Origin: Minisyncoccota bacterium
GTDB lineage: Bacteria; Patescibacteriota; Minisyncoccia; Phycocordibacterales; UBA9973
Reading direction: 5' to 3'
Length of the DNA: 64,000 nucleotides
Assembly (NCBI GenBank): GCA_041662205.1
Contig: JBAZSZ010000001.1
Span: 81,973 to 145,972 of the forward strand
Under the pieces are notes generated by a model. That model had not been told where the DNA came from. It did no database searches and worked only from the letters and a program-made list of their open reading frames with translations. Below are positions 16,876 through 24,168 of the stretch, in pieces (positions within the stretch are counted from its first letter, which is position 1; the number at the start of each line of letters is the position of its first letter). A program made the translations under genes and the position numbers.

Positions 16876-19800
16876 ATGAAATACTTTAAATCAATAATCA
16901 AAGCGGGAATGTTCATAGCTGTGCTGACATTCTTTGTGGGAATAGGTGCTCAAGCAGCTTCTGCCGCCACCGTCACACGTAGCTTCTCCACTCTCACGCC
17001 AGCAGCAGGAACATCTTTAACAGTTTCTCTGGCTGTAGCAATGAATCCTGCAGACATTCTAACATTGATTGAAGAAACAGCTCCTGTGGGCTGGGTCATC
17101 ACAAATCCTGGAACAGGAACAGTAGGAGCAGACGGTATTTTGAGACTGAATGTAGCTGCAACCGGAACAGAGCAATATACAATCTCTGTACCAGCTTCAG
17201 CATCAGGAATAAATAATTTCTCAGGAGTATTTGCCACATTAGCAAACCCAGTATCCTCTCCAATAACAGGAAGCACATCGGTAACGGTAGCACCTGCTCC
17301 GGTAGTTGACATAACTCCACCTACAATCAACTTACTCGGAACTTCTCCAATAGATGTAACCCAAAACACAACCTACACTGATGCAGGAGCTACTGCTTCA
17401 GATAATGTTGACGGAAACATCACAGCCAACATTACAACAGTAAACCCTGTAAATACTGCAATTTTAGGAACATACACAGTCACTTACAATGTATCTGACG
17501 CAGCTGGAAATCCTGCAACTCAAGTAACAAGAACAGTTAATGTAGTAGCAGTAGTTGTTCCACCAGTAACCGCCACCGTCACACGTAGCTTCTCCACTCT
17601 CACGCCAGCAGCAGGAACATCTTTAACAGTTTCTCTGGCTGTAGCAATGAATCCTGCAGACATTCTAACATTGATTGAAGAAACAGCTCCTGTGGGCTGG
17701 GTCATCACAAATCCTGGAACAGGAACAGTAGGAGCAGACGGTATTTTGAGACTGAATGTAGCTGCAACCGGAACAGAGCAATATACAATCTCTGTACCAG
17801 CTTCAGCATCAGGAATAAATAATTTCTCAGGAGTATTTGCCACATTAGCAAACCCAGTATCCTCTCCAATAACAGGAAGCACATCGGTAACGGTAGCACC
17901 TGCTCCGGTAGTTCCAGTCCTCACCACCATCAACGTTACTTCCGTCACCCCATCCGTAGTAGTAGGCAATACTCAACAAATGACAGCAACTACTTTAGAT
18001 CAAAACGGAGCACCGATTGCAGCAACTGTAACTTGGTCTAGTTCAAATACAGCAGTTGGCACTATTGATGTTACTACCGGAATGTTTACCGCGGTTTCTG
18101 CTGGAACTACAACTGTAATGGCAATGAACGGAGCAGTTATGGGAACAACTTTGGTAACAGTAACCGCAACACCTGTAACGTTTACAATAAATGTAACTTC
18201 CGGAGCAAATGGTACCATTACACCAACAGGTACAGCAGGAGTAGTTACTTTAAATTCTGGAGCGAACCAAACATTTACCATCACACCAAATGCAGGATTT
18301 AATATTCAGGATGTTTTAGTTGATGGATCTTCAGTTGGAGCTGTTGCTACTTTCACATTTACAAACGTAACAGCTAACCATACTATTTCAGCTAGTTTCG
18401 CATCAATTCCGGTAGGTTCATTCACGATAACTTCTTCTGCAGGAATAAATGGTAACATAGCTCCTCTTGGCGCCCTAAGTTTTGCCGGAGGCACCAATGC
18501 AACATACACAATTTCTCCAAGTGCAGGTTTTCAAGTATTAGATGTTTTAGTTGATGGATTTTCAGTTGGAGCCGTCACTACTTTCACCTTCACAAATATC
18601 ACTGCTAACCATACAATCGCTGCCAGCTTTATTGCAACTCCAGTCCTCACAACTATCACCGTTACACCATCAGCACCATCAATACAGGCTGGAACTACCC
18701 AACAATTTACCGCAGTTGCTAAGGATCAAAATGGAATTGCCTTAGTCACTCAACCGGTTTTCACATGGACATCAGGAAATAATATAGTTACCACCATAGA
18801 TGCATCAGGCCTTGCTCAGGGCATCGTCGCAGGTGGACCAGTTCTCATTACTGCTACCTCTGGAGCAGTTTCTGGTACAGCTACCTTAACAGTTACAGCA
18901 GTTCCAGTTTTGACTTCGGTCACAGTAGCTCCACCTACACCATCAATTATAGTTGGAGCAACTCAGCAACTAACAGCAAATCCTTTAGATCAAAATGGAA
19001 TTGCCTTTAACGGTGCTGCAATAGCCTGGTCTTCAAGTGATTCTACAATTGCCACAGTTGATAATAACGGCTTAGTAACAGGTGTCGCAGTTGGAACAAC
19101 AACAATCACAGCAACAGCGACTTCAGGAGCTATTACTGTAACAGGAACCGCGACAATCACAATAACCGCTAATCCAGTAACTCCTGTCCTCACTACCATC
19201 AACGTTACTCCCGTCACCCCATCCGTAGTAGTAGGAAATACTCAACAAATGACAGCAACTACTTTAGATCAAAACGGAGCACCGATTGCAGCAACTGTAA
19301 CTTGGTCTAGTTCAAATACAGCAGTTGGCACTATTGATGTTACTACCGGAATGTTTACCGCGGTCGCAGTAGGCACTACCACAATTACTGCTACGAGTGG
19401 CGCGGTGACAGGAACAACTTTAGTAACAGTAACTCCTGCTCCTGTCCTCACTACCATCAACGTTACTCCCGTCACCCCATCCGTAGTAGTAGGCAATACT
19501 CAACAAATGACAGCAACTACTTTAGATCAAAACGGAGCACCGATTGCAGCAACTGTAACTTGGTCTAGTTCAAATACAGCAGTTGGCACTATTGATGTTA
19601 CTACCGGAATGTTTACCGCGGTCGCAGTAGGCACTACCACAATTACTGCTACGAGTGGCGCGGTGACAGGAACAACTTTGGTGACGGTGACAGCGGTGCC
19701 TCAATCTAGTGGAGGTGGTGGTAGTTTTATAAGACCCATTATTGTTGGTCAAGTATTAGGTGCTTTCACGGGACCAATTGCAGGATGTGGCAATAGAACA

Positions 19801-20175
19801 ACTGGATTTAGTGTAACTTCTGGTCAGTCTTGTGTTGGAAACACTGGATCAGAGGGTCAAATTCTCGGATGTGGCAATAGAACAACTGGATTTAGTATAA
19901 CTACTGGTCAATCTTGTATTGGAAATACTGGAGCAGATGAACAAGTGCTCGGTGCTGAAAAATTTATTTTCACACTATTCCTAAAGCAAGGTTCAAAAGG
20001 AGATGAAGTTATGGAGCTTCAGAAATTCTTAAACACTACTAAATATGGTCCATTAGTAATTGATGGAAAATTTGGGAAAAAGACTAAAGAAGCTGTTCTT
20101 AAATTCCAAATAGCAAACGGGCTAAAAGGGGATGGAATCGTAGGACCTCTAACCCGCGCAGTTCTCAATCAATAA
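16876..20175 (+). CDS. Cell-surface protein with a duplicated 114-aa domain, a HYR/DUF5011-like Ig domain, at least five Big2 repeats, a Cys repeat pair and a C-terminal peptidoglycan-binding domain
   Basis: A signal peptide is present. DITPPTINLLGTSPIDV...NVDGNITANITTV...TYNVSDAAGNP is the Ig-like domain. VGNTQQMTATTLDQNGAPIAATVTWSSSNTAVGTIDVTTGMFTAV recurs as the Big2 repeat. The C-terminus GSKGDEVMELQKFLN...IDGKFGKKTKEAVLKFQ is PG_binding_1-like. Confidence 0.7.
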   Translation: MKYFKSIIKAGMFIAVLTFFVGIGAQAASAATVTRSFSTLTPAAGTSLTVSLAVAMNPADILTLIEETAPVGWVITNPGTGTVGADGILRLNVAATGTEQYTISVPASASGINNFSGVFATLANPVSSPITGSTSVTVAPAPVVDITPPTINLLGTSPIDVTQNTTYTDAGATASDNVDGNITANITTVNPVNTAILGTYTVTYNVSDAAGNPATQVTRTVNVVAVVVPPVTATVTRSFSTLTPAAGTSLTVSLAVAMNPADILTLIEETAPVGWVITNPGTGTVGADGILRLNVAATGTEQYTISVPASASGINNFSGVFATLANPVSSPITGSTSVTVAPAPVVPVLTTINVTSVTPSVVVGNTQQMTATTLDQNGAPIAATVTWSSSNTAVGTIDVTTGMFTAVSAGTTTVMAMNGAVMGTTLVTVTATPVTFTINVTSGANGTITPTGTAGVVTLNSGANQTFTITPNAGFNIQDVLVDGSSVGAVATFTFTNVTANHTISASFASIPVGSFTITSSAGINGNIAPLGALSFAGGTNATYTISPSAGFQVLDVLVDGFSVGAVTTFTFTNITANHTIAASFIATPVLTTITVTPSAPSIQAGTTQQFTAVAKDQNGIALVTQPVFTWTSGNNIVTTIDASGLAQGIVAGGPVLITATSGAVSGTATLTVTAVPVLTSVTVAPPTPSIIVGATQQLTANPLDQNGIAFNGAAIAWSSSDSTIATVDNNGLVTGVAVGTTTITATATSGAITVTGTATITITANPVTPVLTTINVTPVTPSVVVGNTQQMTATTLDQNGAPIAATVTWSSSNTAVGTIDVTTGMFTAVAVGTTTITATSGAVTGTTLVTVTPAPVLTTINVTPVTPSVVVGNTQQMTATTLDQNGAPIAATVTWSSSNTAVGTIDVTTGMFTAVAVGTTTITATSGAVTGTTLVTVTAVPQSSGGGGSFIRPIIVGQVLGAFTGPIAGCGNRTTGFSVTSGQSCVGNTGSEGQILGCGNRTTGFSITTGQSCIGNTGADEQVLGAEKFIFTLFLKQGSKGDEVMELQKFLNTTKYGPLVIDGKFGKKTKEAVLKFQIANGLKGDGIVGPLTRAVLNQ
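16964..17913. repeat. Two apparently identical 344-bp direct repeats (16964-17307 and 17570-17913), 606 bp apart, inside the surface-protein gene
   Basis: Both copies start at ccgccaccgtcacacgtagcttctcc and end at cacctgctccggtagtt. The protein segments ATVTRSF...APAPVV are identical. The minus-strand ORFs 16950..17369 and 17520..17969 translate identically. Confidence 0.85.
19183..19698. repeat. Tandem near-identical 258-bp (86-aa Big2) repeats, with a more diverged copy at ~17914-18100
   Basis: cctgtcctcactaccatcaacgttactcccgtcaccccatccgtagtagtagg... recurs at 19183 and 19441. Confidence 0.8.
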
Positions 20176-20203
20176 GTAAATTATCAGCTTCTTTAAGCTA
20201 AAC

Positions 20204-20240
20204 AAAAAAACCGGATTAGTCCTCCGGTTTTTTTGTTTTT
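20204..20240 (+). terminator. Rho-independent terminator after the surface-protein gene
   Basis: The sequence is aaaaaaaccgga-ttagtcc-tccggttttttt. Confidence 0.6.
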
Positions 20241-20288
20241 TTCTTTGTTTTCTGCTAATATAAAAAAAGTTCTTTGAAGAAAATAAAT

Positions 20289-20602
20289 TCCGGGGTAGCT
20301 CAGCGGTAGAGCGGTCGCCTGTGTCAGCATTACGCAGCTTCCTAAGAAAACTTAGGTTGAAAAACAAGGTGAATTCGGGGAAGCCCTTATGGGGTAATCC
20401 CGAGCCAAGCCTCAATATAATATTGAGGAAGGTGTAGAGACTATCCATTTATTGGAGTACATCGGCAAATCGTCGGTGGAAGCGCCTTGCTCCTAAGTTC
20501 TTAAAATCATTTTAAGAATATGGAGATGATATAGTCCACACTTCTAGTAATAGGAGACAAAGTGTAAGCGATTGGTCGTAGGTTCGATCCCTACCCCCGG
20601 AG
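20289..20602 (+). tRNA. tRNA-Asn (anticodon GTT), interrupted. Exon 1 is 20289-20322 (positions 1-35), exon 2 is 20565-20602 (positions 36-73) and the intron is 20323-20564.
   Basis: The exons read TCCGGGGTAGCTCAGCGGTAGAGCGGTCGCCTGT|TAAGCGATTGGTCGTAGGTTCGATCCCTACCCCCGGAG. The acceptor is UCCGGGG/CCCCGGA with U1-A72 and G73. The anticodon loop CUGUUAA matches bacterial tRNA-Asn. Confidence 0.8.
20323..20564 (+). ncRNA. Group I self-splicing intron (242 nt) in the tRNA-Asn anticodon loop, between U35 and U36
   Basis: P1 forms between exon CUGU plus intron GU and the internal guide ACGCAG, placing a U:G wobble at the 5' splice site. The intron ends in G (omega G). The candidate P7 strands are AGACUA and UAGUC. 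Hairpins at cctaagAAAActtagg, cctcaataTAAtattgagg and ttcttaaaATCAttttaagaa fit P2, P6 and P9. Confidence 0.7.
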
Positions 20603-20668
20603 CATTTTTTTAATTCTTATAAATAGATAAGATTTTGATTGTTTTATTTTATTTGATAAAATTAAAAT

Positions 20669-20890
20669 ATGGAAAAAGAAACAACAATTGTTAGTTCAAT
20701 TAATAATAAATGTAAAAATAAAAACGTGTGTGGAACACCTGGGACTATATATGGTTTAGGTTTTATTGGTGCACTTGTTTATTTTATACAACACGCAGAT
20801 AACTTCTGGGTCGGGGCATTGGGAGTTCTGAAGGCCATAACTTGGCCAGCTTTTTTGATATACAAATTGTTTGAATTTTTTAAATTTTAA
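20669..20890 (+). CDS. Small membrane protein (hypothetical)
   Basis: The ORF has one or two hydrophobic helices and no recognisable motif. Confidence 0.35.
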   Translation: MEKETTIVSSINNKCKNKNVCGTPGTIYGLGFIGALVYFIQHADNFWVGALGVLKAITWPAFLIYKLFEFFKF

Positions 20891-20914
20891 AATTTCTATA
20901 GATTTAAAAACAAT

Positions 20915-21307
20915 ATGCTAAATCTTAAATGGGCGAAAAGAGGAGTGGTTTGGTCTATCGTCATAATTTTAATTCTCACAATATTAGAATTTCCATCTCC
21001 TATTGGTTTTGAAACTAGGCCACAAGACAATGTTTCTATACTTTGGTTGATTTTTTTTCTTATTATTTTAATAACTGAGATAGTAACTGTCTCACTAATT
21101 TTAAAACATCCCAGACTTGGTGTGAAATTCGCCATCTGTGCAGCTATTTTAAATATTTTACAAATCTTTGCTGACCAATTACACCTTATGCAACCTGAAA
21201 TTGCATCCTTTGGTTATACCTTACTTGAGTATTCTGTTGGGATTGTGGCTTTATTTCTTGCCTATTTTGCATTTAAAATTTATAGATTTATTTCTCCAGC
21301 AGTTTAA
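20915..21307 (+). CDS. Integral membrane protein, about 4 TM (hypothetical)
   Basis: Four hydrophobic segments are present. Confidence 0.45.
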   Translation: MLNLKWAKRGVVWSIVIILILTILEFPSPIGFETRPQDNVSILWLIFFLIILITEIVTVSLILKHPRLGVKFAICAAILNILQIFADQLHLMQPEIASFGYTLLEYSVGIVALFLAYFAFKIYRFISPAV

Positions 21308-21406
21308 TTTTTTTAATCCTTATTTTCCATAATAGTTATGTGATCTTCATCCCATTGAAAATTTATTTGAAAAAAGTACAAAAGGTATACTGTTCCTGCA
21401 AGGAAA

Positions 21407-21428
21407 GATCACCCTACCCCCGGAGCCA
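21407..21428 (+). repeat. Direct repeat of the tRNA-Asn 3' end (gatcaccctacccccggagcca versus gatccctacccccggagca at 20585-20603)
   Basis: The 19-20 nt match has one inserted base and lies about 0.8 kb downstream of the tRNA. The two membrane-protein ORFs sit between the copies. Confidence 0.6.
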
Positions 21429-21513
21429 GAGATTTTTCTAATTTATTTTAGCTTATTTTGTTTTATGTTAAAATTAGTAGGTGGTTGATTATTAATTTTT
21501 TAACAAAAATAAT

Positions 21514-21894
21514 ATGAAAACAAATAGTAAAAAATATGTTGATGGGTTTGTGATACCAATAAAAAAGAAGGATTTAGTAGCTTACAAGAAGATGGCAGAA
21601 TGGGGAGCTCGTATGTGGAAGAAGAATGGCGCCTTGGAATATTTTGAGTGCATAGGAGATGATCTAAAAGTTAAAAAAGGTATGCCACAGAAAGGCTTTA
21701 TTAAACTTGCAGGGCTGAAGGCTGATGAAATTGTTGTGTTCTCTTGGATTATATATAAATCTCGTGCCCATAGAGATCAAGTGAATAAAAAAGTAATGAG
21801 TGACCCAAGCATGAATAATTTTGATCCTTCTACTATGCCCTTTGATATGAGGCGTTTTGCTTCTGGAGGTTTTAAGCCGATAGTTGAAGCCTAG
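21514..21894 (+). CDS. DUF1428-like small protein
   Basis: The N-terminal YVDGFVIPIKKKDLVAYKKMAEWGARMWKKNGALEYFECIGDD resembles the DUF1428 family. This is from memory. Confidence 0.45.
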   Translation: MKTNSKKYVDGFVIPIKKKDLVAYKKMAEWGARMWKKNGALEYFECIGDDLKVKKGMPQKGFIKLAGLKADEIVVFSWIIYKSRAHRDQVNKKVMSDPSMNNFDPSTMPFDMRRFASGGFKPIVEA

Positions 21895-21976
21895 TCTATT
21901 AAAGAAATTCTAAAATCTTTCAAAGTTTTTTAGTAAAATTTTAATAAAATAAATTAGATTGTGATATACTATAACT

Positions 21977-22186
21977 ATGCAAAAAATAGCCACACGTGTT
22001 TTTATTTATTCATCAATTGCTTTTGGGGTTATAGGAATTTTATTAATTTTGGTCGGAGGACCTGATGGAAATAACCCTACATTGTTGAACCAGAGGTTGC
22101 ACCAACTTCTTTTGATAACTGTTTGTATCATATTACCCTCATTTGCATTAAGTGTTGCTGGTAAATACTTGAACGATAAATCTTAA
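21977..22186 (+). CDS. Small membrane protein (hypothetical)
   Basis: Two hydrophobic helices are present. Confidence 0.3.
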   Translation: MQKIATRVFIYSSIAFGVIGILLILVGGPDGNNPTLLNQRLHQLLLITVCIILPSFALSVAGKYLNDKS

Positions 22187-22231
22187 TTCTTTTTAAAAAA
22201 ATATTACAATATAAGTATTAAGAAACAGCGT

Positions 22232-22268
22232 AAAAATCACCAAAAAGACGATTTTTACGCTGTTTTAG
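22232..22268. terminator. Bidirectional hairpin between convergent genes
   Basis: The hairpin is cagcgtaaaaatc-accaaaaagac-gatttttacgctg, followed by TTT. Confidence 0.5.
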
Positions 22269-22283
22269 ACTTTACAAATGTTT

Positions 22284-22961
22284 TTATAATGCGAAACAAT
22301 AAAAAAGACCAGCACCACCGGTACTTTTTAGATTTTCTAAGCTACAACCACGTGAGAGGTGAGAGGAGTTCCAAGATTTTGAAGGAATATCATTTTGCAG
22401 TCCCACTCTATCGTGATGCCCGAGCATAGCAGATCCTTCGTTGCTTGATGTCCAATTTTTACATGTTGCATCAGTATCAGAAATAATCGCACTACCTTCA
22501 GGGTCTGAACCTGTGAGCATGTCATGCATATTCGGCGTATCTCCTCGCCCATTAATAATTTCTCCTTTTTCAGTTAAGGCAGTTTGTTTATTTAGATTAT
22601 TATTCTCATGTAATTCTGTGAGATTGTTTGCGATAACGATTCCAGCGAAATTAACCCATGGACCATTCCCAATACGATCTCGGGCATTAATGGCTGGTGT
22701 GCCGTCAGTGGTATTCGTACTTAAATAGGCATGCCAAGTTAGACCAGCAGACCCTGCATTTTCAGCCAGGGTTTGGCAGTATTTGTCCGCTCCCGCTATG
22801 CCTCCTAAATCAGCCCCAGAGCCAGGGTTAACACTCGTGACAAAAAAAGTCATTTTCTTTTGGGATTTTAGGGTAGAATTATTGGTTATGATATACCAAC
22901 TTCCTACGATAACGACTAAAAGAAAAATTACACTAACTACTACTGTGATATTTTTATTCAT
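22284..22961 (-). CDS. Secreted or membrane-anchored protein of unknown function
   Basis: An N-terminal TM anchor is present. The rest is Gly/Asn/Thr-rich with 4 Cys. No motif was recognised. Confidence 0.45.
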   Translation of the reverse strand: MNKNITVVVSVIFLLVVIVGSWYIITNNSTLKSQKKMTFFVTSVNPGSGADLGGIAGADKYCQTLAENAGSAGLTWHAYLSTNTTDGTPAINARDRIGNGPWVNFAGIVIANNLTELHENNNLNKQTALTEKGEIINGRGDTPNMHDMLTGSDPEGSAIISDTDATCKNWTSSNEGSAMLGHHDRVGLQNDIPSKSWNSSHLSRGCSLENLKSTGGAGLFYCFAL

Positions 22962-23211
22962 ATTTATATTTTAAATTTAAAAAAATATTAATAATTTATA
23001 ATATTTAATATATACATTTGTTTTCTTAATTTAAGATTAAAATAAACAGATTCAAACGTAAGTGATATCAAGCTATTGAACCCATTACAGCAATATTGAC
23101 AATTCAGCTTTGAATGGTAATATATCGATGGATGCACTTTGTGATATCCAAAACCGATAAATTAAAATGTCGGAATAAATAATATAAAATAGCCTAGGGC
23201 GAGGAGGAGTT

Positions 23212-24144
23212 ATGGAATTGGAACTGAAACTGCATTATATTGCACTAATCCTGCTTTTGAACGCAAAAGGGGAAGTTTTACTTGCCCGGATGGGGAATAT
23301 CTGGGGGCTTCTTGGTGGGCATGTTGAACCCACTGATGGAAGTAGGGAGGGTGCTGCTACCCGGGAAGTTGAGGAAGAGGCTCAACTGAAAGAAATAACC
23401 GGAAAAAAGAGACTTTTTAGAGCCGATGAAGTAAGACAAAAGGGGTTATATATGTTCGACGTCGATGTCGGACATTGCTATGACGAGAGACCCCCAGGCT
23501 TTCTCTTAAAGGAGAAAATTTCTGAGACTAGATGGTGGAGTATCGAGGCTACCAGTAGTCTTATTTTGACACCGATGGCCATTCGAGCTATCGACTCTTT
23601 GAGGGAAAAAAAAGACCGGTCATTCTTTACGAAATGCCAATACCACTTTGAGTCAATACTGTATGAAGCAGCCCTGCGAGGCTGCGATCGGTTTACTCTC
23701 CTTGACCTAAAGAAGGGACTAGAAAAAAATAACCCCCTCCTTGATTTAATTAACAAGATCCCTGACTCTGACAAACTCTCTAATCAACAGGTGGAGTTTG
23801 AAAAAATCATTGTTATGGTTGATGACGATGAATACACAATACTCACCGTCAGAAAGATGCTTTTAGCTGAGGGGTATCGGGTCTTTATATTCTCAGACCC
23901 AAGAGAGGCTTTGAGATGGTTGGAGAACTCAACCATATACGTTCATGCTTTGATCACCGACCAGAACATGCCCTACATCTCGGGATCAGGGCTCCTCAAG
24001 AAAGTACAGGTGTTAGAGTCTGTTAAGTATTCAAAATTTATTTTAATCAGCGGTGCGGAGGTTTTCCCCGCTGAAAAAGAGGGGTTTGACAATTTTTTCG
24101 TCAGACCAGTCTTGCCCGAAGAATTAATTAGGGCAATATCTTAG
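23212..24144 (+). CDS. Nudix hydrolase domain fused to a response-regulator receiver (REC) domain
   Basis: The Nudix box reads GGHVEPTDGSREGAATREVEEEAQL, matching Gx5Ex7REUxEExGU. The C-terminal REC domain reads IIVMVDDDEYT...ALITDQNMPYISG...ILISGAE. Local GC is visibly higher. Confidence 0.7.
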   Translation: MELELKLHYIALILLLNAKGEVLLARMGNIWGLLGGHVEPTDGSREGAATREVEEEAQLKEITGKKRLFRADEVRQKGLYMFDVDVGHCYDERPPGFLLKEKISETRWWSIEATSSLILTPMAIRAIDSLREKKDRSFFTKCQYHFESILYEAALRGCDRFTLLDLKKGLEKNNPLLDLINKIPDSDKLSNQQVEFEKIIVMVDDDEYTILTVRKMLLAEGYRVFIFSDPREALRWLENSTIYVHALITDQNMPYISGSGLLKKVQVLESVKYSKFILISGAEVFPAEKEGFDNFFVRPVLPEELIRAIS

Positions 24145-24168
24145 ATCAAATAATCCCCGTTTCGACCT

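Noticed and set aside
16950-19752. Minus-strand ORFs 16950..17369, 17099..17320, 17520..17969, 17705..17899, 18000..18284, 18306..18509, 18990..19217, 19269..19496 and 19570..19752, plus the plus-strand ORF 18551..18745
   Set aside because: All lie antisense to or out of frame with the 1099-aa Big2 surface protein. They are open only because of the repetitive Thr/Ala/Val-rich codon usage. Several are exact duplicates produced by the DNA repeats.
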